The notes beneath the pieces were generated by a model, which was not told where the DNA came from, ran no database searches, and saw only the letters and a list, made by a program, of their open reading frames with translations. DNA of 64,000 nt, taken from positions 62,026,505 to 62,090,504 of the forward strand of contig NC_092381.1 of NCBI RefSeq assembly GCF_030028105.1, written 5' to 3'. Positions 49,769-63,000 of this stretch are shown piece after piece (within the stretch, counting starts at the first letter, position 1; every line of letters begins with the position of its first letter). Source of the stretch: Mobula birostris. Taxonomy: Eukaryota. The position numbers were made by a program, and so were the translations under genes.

Positions 49769-51249
49769 CTGTCAGAGGAACACAAAGGCACAACAAAAGA
49801 TGAGATCATGGATGAGCATTGCTATGAGTTTACAATCACTTGCATCTTAAAATTCTTCTAAACCCATCCTGAAGTACATCATCAGCAGATGAATATCTTC
49901 CCAGCATCAATCAAATCAACAGCAGTGTATCTTCCAATATATGTTGGGCCAATACTCTCCATAAAATATTCACAGGAATTTGCTATTTGTCATACCCTCT
50001 GTACATCTATTTAAAATATAGCACAAACAGTCTTAAGTGGTTTTGGGTAAACTGTTTTGTTTAGCACTAGTCTCCAAGTAGAAATTAGCCTCAAATTAAT
50101 TTTTGGAGGATGTTTCCAAACAGCGATGAGTAGACAGATCAAGCACAGATTTACAGTTCACTGCATAGTTGAGAACTTGAACCTGTATCTCGAGATAAGA
50201 CCTCCGCTATGTAACTGATGAACAAAAAATGCCAGACTGATGCTGCACAACCAACCATTACGATAAAGAATCTACCAGTTAATCCAATGATACATAATAC
50301 AGATTTAGTTATGCAAACTGAAAATTCAGTCTTTACTTACACGAGGAGTATCAAAAATGGCCCACTGCTCGTTTTGGCAATTAGATGGCAACTTTTCAAT
50401 TACACAAGTTTGCAATCAAGTCATCACAGCAACACATAAAAAATCTTTGCCTAGTGCAAGAATGTAAACACTGACATCTCATTATTTCAAAAACGGGCTG
50501 CATTTTATTTTTCAAGACATAACAACGTACAAACCCTCTGCCCTTGCAGAGTAAACGAAGGCAGATGAGAAGGAGGCAAGAAAAACAAGAAGAAAATCAG
50601 CCAAGCTTGCTGCTTCTGATTATAGTGTAGAAAATTTTTCTGCTCAAGATGTAGGTGGATACAGATGGATCAGGCCCAGCTGCAGGCTTTCAAGTACTCC
50701 ACTGACACACCACAGCATGAAGAATTACATTTTACACTATATGTAAAATAAACGGAGCACAGAAATGTATGACAGGACACAGCACCTTCAAGTGAAGAGT
50801 CGAAATATGTATTGAAAATACACTATTTTTAAAAGCTAAAATGGCGACAGTCTGAAAAGAACAAAATGCTGTGCACAGAGTATTCAGAATGTAACATCAA
50901 AGCACAAATTAATTTATCTGTGCCTGTATTTGCATTACTAATACAAATAGTTCAAATATGGATATTTAATAAACCGCATACAAGTTTTACTAAGTCTGTC
51001 TCATCTGCAATTGTTACCAGTGATTAAGGCATGAAATTACATGCTTTGAATAGAGCAACCTAAAAATTAATCTGTGGGTCCTCTTTGATCAAGAAAAAGA
51101 CTACAAATTTTCACAATGTCTAATTTTGTTTTTCATCTGTTTGCAAACAATGAAGGAAACCTAACTAAACTGTGGATCCTTCAAAGTGTTAGCAGATTTA
51201 GCATATTGTCGCCACTATACCAGAGGGGGAAACATACTTAAGAAAGTCT

Positions 51250-52815
51250 GATTTGAATTGGATCAGACTGCTCTACAAAGACATCCGTAGTGCAGTCCAG
51301 GTCAACGGGTGGGAAACAGACAGCTTCCCCATCAGGTCTGGAGTCAGGCAGGGCTGTCCCCTCTCCCCTGTCTTGTTTGTCTGTTGCATAGAACCCTTTG
51401 CCGAAGCCAACAGGAGGGATGAGGGCATAAGAAGGGTGACGCTGCCAGGCAGTGGAGGGACCCAAGTAAAAACCTCCCTGTACATGGACGACGTCACCGT
51501 CTTCTGCTCTGATCCGAGATCAGTTCGCAGGTTGATTGGCACCTGCGAACAGTTCGAGCTAGCGTCGGGGGCCAGGGTCAACCGCTCTTCGGCAACTGGC
51601 CCGACCGATCCAGCATCCCCTTCACCATCAGGTCTGACCACGTGAAGGTGTTGGGGATCTGGTTCGAAGGGGCTGAGGCGTGCAACAAGAACTGGCAGGA
51701 GCGGACTGCCAAGGTGAAACAGAAACTGGGACTGTGGGGAGGGCGCTCCCTGTCGATAACGGGCAAGAACCTGATCATCAGGTGTGAGGTGCTCTCAGGG
51801 CTGCTGTACTTGGCGCAGGTCTGGCCCGTCCCCCGCTCCTACAGCTCGAAAATCACCCGGGCTGTCTTCAGATTCGTCTGGGGATCCAAGATGGAGCGGG
51901 TGAGACGGACCGTCATGCACAAGTCCCTGGACAACGGGGGCAAGAACGTCCCCAATGTCGCCCTCACCCTGATGGTCAGCTTCGTATGTGGCTGCATCAG
52001 GTTGTGTGTAGAGCCCAGGTATGTGGGCACCAAGTACCACTATGTGCCCAGGTTCTACTTGTCGCCCTGGCTACGAAGGATGGGTCTGGCCCCACTCCCG
52101 CGCAACGCCCCAGTCAGCTGGTCATTGCCGGCATACCTGTCCCACGTAGCAAAGTTCTTCCAGGAGAACGCCTTTGACCACAGGGCCATCAGGCAGTGGT
52201 CGGCACGAAGTGTCCTGCAGGCACTGCAGGAGAAGGACGTGATGGACACAGTGGGGTGGTTCCCTGAGCAGACTGTCCAGTTCATCTGGCAAAATGCCTC
52301 ATCGCCAGATCTCACCAACAGGCACCAAGACCTCGCCTGGCTGGCGGTGAGAGGGGCCCTCCCAGTCAGAGCCCTCCTGTACGCCCAGAATGTCGTCCCC
52401 ACACCTCACTGCCCACGGGAGGACCGCAGTGAGGAGGAGTCTGTGACCCACCTCTTTGCACACTGCCAGTTCGCAAAGAGGGTGTGGAGGAGGATGGACG
52501 GGCTAGTGTCACGTTTTATCCCCAGCAGCTGCGTAACAGAGGACTCTCTGATCTACGGGCTGTTCCCGGGGACGCACACGGAGACCAACATCCGGTGCTG
52601 CTGGCAGATCATCAACTCGGTGAAAGACGCTCTTTGGTCAGCCCGAAACTTGATGATCTACCAGCACATGGAGATGTCCGTGGGAGAATGCTGCCGACTG
52701 GCACACTCTCGGCTGTAGGAGTACGTGCTGAGGGACGCACTGAAAAGTTATTGAATGGTTTATTGTATATATTTATTTTTGAATAAAGTATATTTTGAAA
52801 TATATAAAAAAAAAT
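51250..52815 (+). mobile_element. Tx1-clade (L1 group) non-LTR retrotransposon, 5'-truncated, GC-rich
   Basis: WIRLLY, SGVRQGCPLSP, LYMDDV, CP..ESVTHLFAHC; AATAAA and A-tail. Confidence 0.88.
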
Positions 52816-52935
52816 ATTGGCCAATAAGTTATTTACAAGATAACTTGTAAATTGTTCTGCTTAAATTTTACAACTCTCTGCCATTCACTTCAACTAAAGT
52901 TAGAGCTCAAAATGATGTTTTCTAACACCGGAAAG

Positions 52936-53510
52936 CAGACATCCCACCCTGCAAAAACTCATTTCAGGGAGGTAGCACCATCAATTTGCAGGAGACTTCC
53001 AGGAGAGGTGGGATGTCTGCAATAGAGTTAATCCTTAGCAGCTAGCCAGCTAGTTTAAATAACATTAGCTATGCTAATGAATGAATGACACCTGTTAAAC
53101 TCACCTCAACATGTCTTTTACAGTCTTAACCCACCATGGGCAATAGAAAAGTCACTGTTGCAAACAGTGCAGTGAGCAACACTGTCATTATTTTTGACCC
53201 CTATTAGGCAGGGGTACACTTTAGTAATAGTCCGGGGTGACGTACGTTTTATATTTCTTTGGAACACTCTGCCATGGTGCGCTCTCTCTCTCTCGTGGTT
53301 GCTCACGCGCTCTCAAGCTCTCTCTTGCGTACTCGCTTGCCTTGGCTCTCGCTCGCGCACGCGCTTCTCTCTCGCACTCTCTCTTGCTTTTCTCTCGCTT
53401 GCTCTCAAAAAAATTGATTTCCGTGATATTGTATATAATTTGCGGGCATCAGGGAGCCACTATTAATATGCGGGAGACTCCCAGAAGTTCCGGGAGAGGT
53501 GGGATGTCTG
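52936..53510 (-). mobile_element. Non-autonomous hAT-like DNA transposon with 6-bp TSD
   Basis: TIR cagacatcccacc / ggtgggatgtctg; TSD ggaaag (52930-52935, 53511-53516); BED-finger-like remnant AHCTVCNSDFSIAHGG. Confidence 0.8.
53280..53406. repeat. (CT/CG)-rich low-complexity tract inside the DNA transposon
   Basis: ctctctcg / ctcgcttg iterations. Confidence 0.8.
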
Positions 53511-53738
53511 GGAAAGTTAGAAGGGCAGAAACTCCATTTGAATGCTAGATGTTTTGCTCATTATTGCACACTGAACACAAGACCTTATTAAAATGCTAAT
53601 CACACACATCCAATTTGGCAAAATCATCCTCATCTTTCATTGCTAACTGCTGACCCCTGACCTGAATGCCATCGTTACCCACAATAATGACCTGTCACAA
53701 TGGAAAGCTCCATAAGCACTTCCTGTACTTTCATTTTA

Positions 53739-56700
53739 TATAACCATATAACAATTACAGCACGGAAACAGGCCATCTTGGCCCTTCTAGTCCATGCCGA
53801 ACTCTTACTCTCACCTAGTCCCACCGACCTGCACTCAGCCCATAACCCTCCATTCCATTCCTGTCCATATACCTATCCAATTTAACTTTAAATGACAACG
53901 TAGAACCTGCCTCAACCACTTCTCCTGGAAGCTCGTTCCACACAGCTACCACTCTCTGAGTAAAGAAGTTCCACCTCATGTTACCACTAAACTTTTGCCC
54001 TTTAACTCTTAACTCATGTCCTCTTGTTTGAATCTCCCCTACTCGCAATGGAAAAAGCCTGTCCACATCAACTCTATCTATCCCCCTCATAATTTTAAAT
54101 ACCTCTATCAAGTCCCCCGTCAACCTTCTATGCTCCAAAGAATAAAGACCTTTCTCTGTAAACAACAGGAATTCTGCAGATGCTGGAAATTCAAGCAACA
54201 CACATCAAAGTTGAGGGTCTCGGCCTGAAACGTCGACTGCTCCTCTTCCTACAGATGCTGCCTGGCCTGCTGCGTTCACCAGCAACTTTGATGTGTGTTA
54301 CCTTTCTCTGTAACTTAGGCGATGAAACCCAGGTAACATTCTAGTAAATCTTCTCTGTACTCTCTCTATTTTGTTAACATCTTTCCTGTAATTTGGTGAC
54401 CAGAACTGTACACAATACTCCAAATTTGGCCTCACCAATGCCTTGTACAATTTCAACATTACATCCCAACTCCTATACTCAATGCTGTGATTTATAAAGG
54501 CCAGCATACCAAAAGCCTTCTTCACCACCCTATTCACATAAGATTCCACCTTCAGGGAACTATGCACCATTATTCCTAGATCCCTCTGTTCTACTGCATT
54601 CCTCAATGCCCTACCATTTACCATGTATGTCCTATTTTGATTAGTCCTACCAAAATGTAGCACCTCACATTTATCAGCATTAAACTCCATCTGCCATCTT
54701 TCAGCCCACTCTTCTAACTGGCCTAAATCTCTCTGCAAGCTTTGAAAACCTACTTCATTATCCACAATGCCGCCTATCTTAGAATCACCTGCACACTTAT
54801 TAATCCAATTTACCACCCATTCATCCAAATCATTAATGTATATGACAAACAACACTGGACCCAGTACAGATCCCTGAGGCACACCACTAGTCACTGGCCT
54901 CCAATATGACAAAAAGCTATCCACCACTAATCCCTGACGTCTCCCATCCAGCCACTGCTGAACCCATTTTACTACTTCAATATTAATACCTAACAAATGA
55001 ATCTTCCTAACTAACCTTCCGTGTGGAACCTTGTCAAAGGCCTTACTGAAGTTCATATAGACAACGTCCACCACTTTACCCTCGTCAACTTTCCTAGTAA
55101 CCTCTTCAAAAAATTCAATAAGATTTGTCAAACATGACCTTCCACACACAAATCCATGTTGACTGTTCCTAATCAGACCCTGTCTACCCAGATAATTATA
55201 TATACCATCTCTAAGAATACTTTCCATCAATTTACCCACCACTGATGTCAAACTTACTGGCCAATAATTGCTAGGTTTACTCTTAGAACCCTTTTTAAAC
55301 AATGGAACCACAGGAGCAATACGCCAATCCTCCAGCACTATCCCCATTTCTAATGACATTTGAAATATTTCTGTCAGAGCCCCTGCTATTTCTATACTAA
55401 CTACCCTCAAGGTCCTAGGGAATATCCTGTCAGGATCCGGAGACTTATCCACTTTTATATTCCTTAAAAGCGCCAGTACTTCCTCTTCTATAATCCTCAT
55501 AGTTTCCAATAACTACCCTATTTGTTTCCCTTACCTTACACAATTCAATATCCTTCTCCTTAGTGAATACTGTACTGAAGAAAAGAAATTGTTCAGAATC
55601 TCCCCCATCTCTTTTGGCTCCACACATAGCTGTCCATTCTGATTCTCTAAGGGACCAATTTTATCCCTCACTATCCTTTTTCTACTAATATAACTGTAGA
55701 AACCCTTTGGATTTATTTTCACTTACTTACCAAAGCAACCTCATATCTTCTTTTAGCTTTTCTAACTTCTTTCTTAAGATTCTTTTTAAATTCTTTATAT
55801 TTCTCCAGTTCCTCATTTACTCCACACTGCCTATATTTATTGTAGATATCTCTCTTTTTCCAAACCAAGTTTCCAATATCCCTTGAAAACTATGGCTCTC
55901 GCAAACTTTTAACCTTTCCTTTCAACCTAACAGGAACATAAAGATTCTGTACCCTCAAAATTTCACCTTTAAGTGACCTCCATTTCTCGATGACATCCTT
56001 CCCATAAAACAAATTGTCCCAATCCACTCCTTCTAAATCCTTTCACATCTCCTCAAAGTTAGCATTTCTCTGATCAAAAATCTCAACCCTGGGTCCAGAC
56101 CTATCCTTCTCCATAATTATATTGAAACTAATGGCATTGTGATCACTGGACCCGAAGTGCTCCCCAACACAAACCTCCGTCACCTGACCTATCTCATTCC
56201 CTAACAAGAGATCCAACACTACTCCTTCTCCAGTTGGTACCTCTATGTATTGCTACAAAAAACTATCCTGCACACATTTTACAAACTCCAAACCATCCAG
56301 CCCTTATACAGTATGGGCTTCCCAGTCTATGTGTGGAAAATTAAAATCTCTCACAATCACAACCTTGTGCTTACTACAAATATCTGCTATCTCCTTACAA
56401 ATTTGCTCCTCCAATTTTCACTCCCCATTTGGTGGTCTATAATACACCCCTATAAGTGTTACTACACCTTTCCCATTCCTCAATTCCACCCAAATAGCCT
56501 CCCTAGACGAGCCCTCTAATCTATCCTGCCAGAGCACCACTATAATATTTTCTCTGACAAGCAATGCAACACCTTCCCCTTTTGTCCCACCAATTCTATC
56601 ACACCTGAAGCAATGAAATCCAGGAATATTTAGTTGCCAATCACACTTCTCTTGTAACCATGTTTCACTGATAGCTACCACATCATACTTCCAGGTATCA

Positions 56701-57995
56701 ACCCATGCTTTAAGCTCATCCACCTTTCTTATAATGCTCCTAGCATTAAAATAAATGCATTTAAAAAATTTTCCACCTTATACTCTCTGTTTATCACTAA
56801 TGGTGCAAACAACTTTACTATTTTCTTTTTCTTCCTTCTCCCCTACATCTGTTCCTACACTCTGGTTGCCCCCCCCCCCACGCCCCACGTATCTAGTTTA
56901 AATTCACTGAAGCCTCTCTAGCAAACCTACTGCAAGAATATTTGTCCCCCTCCACTTCAAATGTAAACCGTCCCCCTGGAACAGGTCCCACCTTCCCTGG
57001 AAAACTGCCCAATTATCTATAAATCTGAAGCCCTCCCTCCTGCACCATGTCTTCAGCCTTGTGTTGATCTGCACTATCTTACTATTTCTAAACCCGCCTG
57101 CATGTGGCACTGGTAGCGATCCTGAGATTGCTATCCTGGAGGTCCTGTCCTTTAACTTGACACCTAACTCCCTAAACTCACCTTTCAGGACCTCCTCACT
57201 CTTCCTACCCACGTCATTCGTCCCTACATGGACCATGACTTCCGGCTGCTCACCCTCTCCTGAGAATACCGAGAACTCGATCCAAGATATCGCAGACCTT
57301 GGCACCAGGGAGGCAACAGACCATCCGGGATTCTCGATCTCTTCCACAGAACCTCTTATCTGTACCCCTAACTATCGAATCCCCTATCACTATTGCTCTC
57401 CTCTTTTCCCTCCTTCCTTTCTGAGCTGAGGGTCCCGTCTTGGTGCCAGAGACGCAATCACTGCAACTTGTCCCTGGTAGGTCATCCCCATCAACAGTAT
57501 CCAAAACGATGTACTTATTATTGGTGGGAACGGCCACAGGGGTGCTCTGCTCATTCTGTCTATTCCCCTTCCCTCTCCTGACAGTCACCCAGCTACCTGT
57601 CTCCTGACTCCTAGGGGTGACTATCTCCCTGTAACTCCTCTCTATTTCTGCCTCTGCCTCCCGAATGATCCAAAGTTCATCTAGCTCCAGCTCCAGTTCC
57701 CTGACTCGGTTTGTCAGGAGCTGCAGCTGGATGCACCTTTTACAGGTGTAGTCATCAGAGACAATTGTGCTCGCCCTGACTTCCCACATCCTGCAAATAG
57801 AGCACTCAGCTGCCCTAACTGCTGCCTCTACTACCTACTCTTAAGGTAATTAGATTTATTAAAGGAACTTACCCGGCCTTACCTCACTTGGAGTGAAGCT
57901 CGTCCTCAGCCTCTGCTCGCTAAAGCCTCAGGAGCCAAAGACTTCCTACTCTGTCTCCCTTTACTCCATCGCCCACTACAACATCGCCCGCTCCA
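53739..57995 (-). mobile_element. Near-full-length CR1 LINE (ORF1 zinc finger/coiled coil plus SGNH esterase; ORF2 APE-RT), inactivated
   Basis: ORF1 CKRCIQLQLL, IGDSIVRG, VHVGTND, DGLHL; ORF2 [30 protein letters not shown]; tail ending gttatatggttata; stops and frameshifts. Confidence 0.95.
54162..54299. mobile_element. 138-bp Penelope-derived fold-back mini-element inserted in CR1
   Basis: Same ends as 15111-17032; inverted acacacatcaaagttg / caactttgatgtgtgt; 14-bp TSD acctttctctgtaa (54148-54161, 54300-54313). Confidence 0.9.
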
Positions 57996-58635
57996 TTAAT
58001 TTTCTCACGTTTAAGTGATTTTACTTGCTCAACAGTCCAGTTTCTGCTCATCAATATTATTCTTTTTGCACATTAATCAGAAAAATGTTTGCTCCAAGAG
58101 AATTACTTTGCAAGCAAAATCAATTACCAAGTATGTACTAGCCAAGTACGAATTAACTGTGTCTGTGGTTGATAAATGTTCTTTGACCATGCAGCTATTT
58201 GTCAAGTGAGGATTTGACATTTGACGCAATTCACAGAAACAACCATACACGGGCACGCCCAGAATTAAGGAATGTACGGCAGTTTTCAATGCACTGAGAA
58301 TATCAATAAGTAAAGGCAAAGGTACCATTTGATCTGTTTGACTATCAGCATTGACACAATGCAGCCACACAAGTCAACATGCTCTCATTTGCCATTTCAT
58401 TGTCAATGCTCTCCACAAAGAGATAAGATGATAAATTGTTGACTACAGAATAATTTTCTGGTCCAGTGCAATGGATGGATTCCCAACCTGAAACAATGCA
58501 CCCCTGAGGATTCACCAGCCAGGATTGCCTCAGATGCAAATAAAATATCTTCACTTTCATTTGCTTTCAGTACAACTATTTTGTTTCGCTAACACTTGAA
58601 GCAGTTCCCTTGTCATTTTGTAAAGTACATATACA

Positions 58636-59140
58636 AGACCATAAGATATAGGAGAAGAATTAGGCCATTTAGCCCATCGTGTCTGCTCTGCCATTTCATC
58701 ATGGCTGATTCAATTTTCCTCTCAGCCCCAATCTCCTCCTTTCTCCCACATTCCTTCATGCCCTGACCAATCAAGAATCTATCAACCTCTGCCTTAAATA
58801 TAAAGACAGCCTCCACAGCTACCTGTGGCAAAGAATTCCACAGATTCACCACTCCCTAGCTAAAAAAATTTCTCCTCATCTCCATTCAAAAAGGACTTCC
58901 CTCTATTCTGAGGCTGCGTCCTCGGGTCTTAGACTCTCCCACCACAGAAAATATCCTCTCCACATCCACTCTATCAAGGCCTTTCACCATTCGACAGGTT
59001 TCAATGAAGTCACCCCTCATTCTTCTGAATTCTAGTGAATACAGGCCCAGAGCCATCAAATGCTCTTCATATGACAAACCATTCAATCCTGGAATAACTT
59101 TTGTTAACCTTTGAACTCTCTCCAGTTTCAGCACATCCAT
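58636..59140 (-). mobile_element. CR1 3' fragment
   Basis: [26 protein letters not shown]; tail agaccataagatatagga. Confidence 0.88.
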
Positions 59141-59282
59141 TATATGTCATTTACGTCCTCATATTAATTTCTGCAGGCATATTCAATAAATCCATAACAC
59201 AATAATAACCCTAATAGAATCAAACTTGGGCATCCAACGTTGCCCGCAGGATGTTGCCTTGGCTCACCGGCGCCATCTTGCT
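59141..59282 (-). mobile_element. Short non-autonomous retroposon remnant starting CAAGATGGCGCC
   Basis: ggcgccatcttg at 59269-59280 resembles the 5' motif of the element ending at 36119. Confidence 0.4.
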
Positions 59283-60049
59283 TTAAGTTCAGATAAAAAA
59301 ATAACACCCAACTCGGCCCACATCTCCTTCGCTTTGTCTGGATGACCTGTACACTGGAAGTAGCCAAGTTCCTGATTTCATTGTTTTCCATTCCAACACC
59401 AAATCTATCAATTCATGGTCCGCACTAACAAACCTCTTGTCCACATTTCTTGAGAATTCACAGATAAAGCAGAATGCCTGGCCATTTTCCTTGCAGGGTC
59501 AGTACATAAGAATGATTTTAGATAATACAGGAATAAAATAACAGTAAAATCAAAATATTCAAACAAATACACCTTGTAATTGATGTGTGGTGCAGAACAA
59601 GCGTGCTGGGAGACACCCGCATCAGCAGCCAGGTGCTACACAAAATCACACGGGGTCTCCTTGAAATACAGTGGGGATACTCTTCCCTCCCACCACCAAG
59701 AAGTTGTGGAGATCTACACCTATATGCAACAACATTGTCAATACGCTGACACATTGTGCAGAAAAACACATGGAAAGTCAAAGACTCCAGGTCACTAGGT
59801 ACTGGCATTCTACTATCCCAATTACTTCTAAACAACAACCAATTGACTCAACTCGAGAAGTTCTTCAGAACGCAGTGTTTAGCTTTGACCAGAACCTGCT
59901 GGGAAATACTCAATTCGGAGTAGAACTATTTCTCAGCACAGTTCCCTATGTCTAACATCTGAACTTGCTGACCAAAGTTCACCAGCGATTTCCCCAAATG
60001 TGCTACTATGCTGCATCTCACAAAGTTCAGCCAGCAGTTGGAAAGCTGC

Positions 60050-63000
60050 CAGTGAGTGAGTGGGCCAGTGAAGGAGTGGAACTTTGAGGCTTTGACTCGA
60101 GAGGCTTCGACGAGAAGAGGCGGAGGACAAGCTTGCTCGCAGTTAGTCTTTACAATGCCTCCTGAGATGGTGATTTGCCTCTCATGTGAGATGTGGCAGT
60201 CTTGGGGGAACGCCCCTCTCCCACAGAGTCACATCTGCCAGAACTGCCTACAGCTGGGAGATCTGGAAGACCGTGTAAGGAATCTGGAGCAGCAGCTCGA
60301 TGACCTTTGACTCATAAGGGAGAATGAGGCAGTCACAGATGAGAGCTACAAGAAGGTAGTCACACCTAGGCTGTCGGAAGCAGGTCATTGGGTGACAGTC
60401 AGAGGAGGGAAAGCGAAGGTGAGCAGACAGGTAGTGCAGAGCACCCCTGTAGCCATTCCCCTGAATAATAAGTTTACAGTCCTGGATACTGTTGGCGGGG
60501 ACGACCGACCAGGTGTGAGCCACGGCGGCAGGGCCTCTGGCACTGAGTCTGACCCAGTGGTGCAGAAGGGTGGGACGGAGAAGAGGAGAGCTGTCATCAT
60601 TGGAAACTCTATAGTCAGGGGAGCAGACAGGAGATTTTGTGGACGTGAGAAGGACCCCCGCATGGTTTGTTGCCTCCTGGGTGCCAGGGTCCGGGATGTT
60701 TCTCACCGGGTGCATGACATCCTGGTACGAGAGAGAAAGCAACCAGAAGTCGTGATATACATTGGTACCAACGACATAGGCAGGAAGAGGGATGAGGTCC
60801 TCAAGTGTGAGTTTCGGTAACTAGGCAGAAGACTGAAGACCAGGACCTCAAGGGTAGCGTTCTCAGGATTGCTGCCAGTGCTACGTGACAGTGATGGTAA
60901 GAATTGGAGGAGATGGCAGTTGAATGCGTGGCTGAGGAGTTGGTGCAGGGAGCAGGGTTTTAGATTTTTGGACCACTGGCATCTCTTCTGGGGAAGGTGG
61001 GACCTGTACAGATTGGATGGGTTGCACCTGAACTCGAGGGGGAGCAATATCCTTGCAGGTAGGTTTGCTAGCATGGTTCGGGAGGGTTTAAACTAATTTG
61101 CAAAGGGGATGGGACCCCGAGCGATAGCGCAGTGAGAGAAGTGCAGAGAGTAAAGCCAGATCTAACATACAGAGAGGCTTTGAGGAAGGGGAAGCAGAAT
61201 AAACCGTGTAAAGACAGTAAGGTAGAAGGGCTGAAGTGTGTGTACCTCAATGCAAGGAGCATCAGGAACAAAGGTGATGAACTGAGAGCTTGAATACATA
61301 CATGGAATTATGATGTAGTGGCCATTACAGAGACTTGGCTGTCACCAGGGCAGGAATGGATTCTCAATATTCCTGGATTTCAGTGCTTTAAAGTGATAGG
61401 GGTGGGGGGGGGGAAGGGGAGGAGGGGTAGCATTAGTGGTCAGGAATACTATTAGAGCTACAAAAAGGGTGGGTAATGTAGTAGGATCCTCTTTTGAATC
61501 AGTACGGGGGGAAGTCAGGAACAGGAAGGGAGCAGTTACTCTACTGGGGGTATTCTATAGGCCCCCTGGTAGCAGCAGAGATACAGAGAAACAGATTGGG
61601 AGGCAGATTTTGGAAAGGTGCAAAAATAACAGGGTTGTTATCATGGGTGACTTTAACTTCCCGAATATTGATTGGCACCTGATTAGTTCCAAGGGTTTAG
61701 ATGGGGCAGAGTTTGTTAAGTGCGTCTAGGACAGATTCCTGTCACAGTATGTGGACAGGCCGACCAGGGGGAATGCCATACTAGATCTAGTATTAGGTAA
61801 TGAACCGGGTCAGGTCACAGATCTCTCAGTGGGTGAGCATCTGGGGGACAGTGACCACCACTCCCTGGCCTTTAGCATTATCATGGAAAAGGATAGAATC
61901 AGAGAGGACAGGAAAATGTTTAATTGGGGAAGGGCAAATTATGAGGCTACAAGGCTAGAACTTGCGGGTGTGAATTGGGATGATGTTTTTGCAGGGAAAC
62001 GTACTATGGACATGTGGTCGATGTACAGAGATCTCTTGCAGGATGTTAGGGATAAATTTGTCCCGGTGACGAAGATAAAGAATGGTAGGGTGAAGGAACC
62101 ATGGGTGACAAGTGAGGTGGAAAATCTAGTCAGGTGGAAGAAGGTAGCATACATGAGGTTTAGGAAGCAAGGATCAGATGGGTCTATTGAGGAATATAGG
62201 GAAGCAAGAAAGGAGCTTAAGAAGGGGCTGAGAAGAGCAAGAAGGGGGCATGAGAAGGCCTTGGCGAGTAGGGTAAAGGAAAACCCCAAGGCATTCTTCA
62301 ATTATGTGAAGAAAAAAAGGATGACAGGAGTGAAGGTAGGACTGATTAGAGATAAAGGTGGGAAGATGTGCCTGGAGGCTGTGGAAGTGAGCGAGGTCCT
62401 CAATGAATACTTCTCTTCGGTATTCACCAATGAGAGGGAACTTGATGATGGTGAGGCCAATATGAGTGAGGTTGATGTTCTAGACCATGTTGATATTAAG
62501 GGAGAGGAGGTGTTGGAGTTGTTAAAATATATTTGGACAGATAAGTCCCTGGGGCCTGACGGAATATTCCCCAGGCTGCTCCACGAGGCGAGGGAAGAGA
62601 TTGCTGAGCCTCCGGCTAGGATCTTTATGTCATCGTTGTCCACGGGAATGGTACCGGAGGACTGGAGGGAGGCGAATGTTGTCCCCTTGTTCAAAAAAGG
62701 TAGTAGGGATAGTCTGGATAATTACAGACCAGTGAGCCTTATGTCTGTGGTGGGAAAGCTATAGATTCTTAGAGATAGGATCTCTGGGCATTTAGAGAAT
62801 CATGGTCTGATCAGGGATAGTCAGCATGGTTTTGTGAAGGGCAGATCGTGTCTAACAAGCCTGATAGAGTTCCTTGAGGAGGTGACCAGGCATATAGATG
62901 AGGGTAGTGCAGTGGATGTGATCTATATGGATTTTAGTAAGGCATTTGACAAGGTTCCACACAGTAGGCTTATTCAGAAAGTCAGAAGGCATGGGATCCA

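Noticed and set aside
50218-50439. ENSVFTYTRSIKNG peptide vaguely like CACHD1 exon 2 (FNSFVYTEKISNG)
   Set aside because: Wrong strand, weak similarity and no suitable splice sites; exon 2 was not found in the window.
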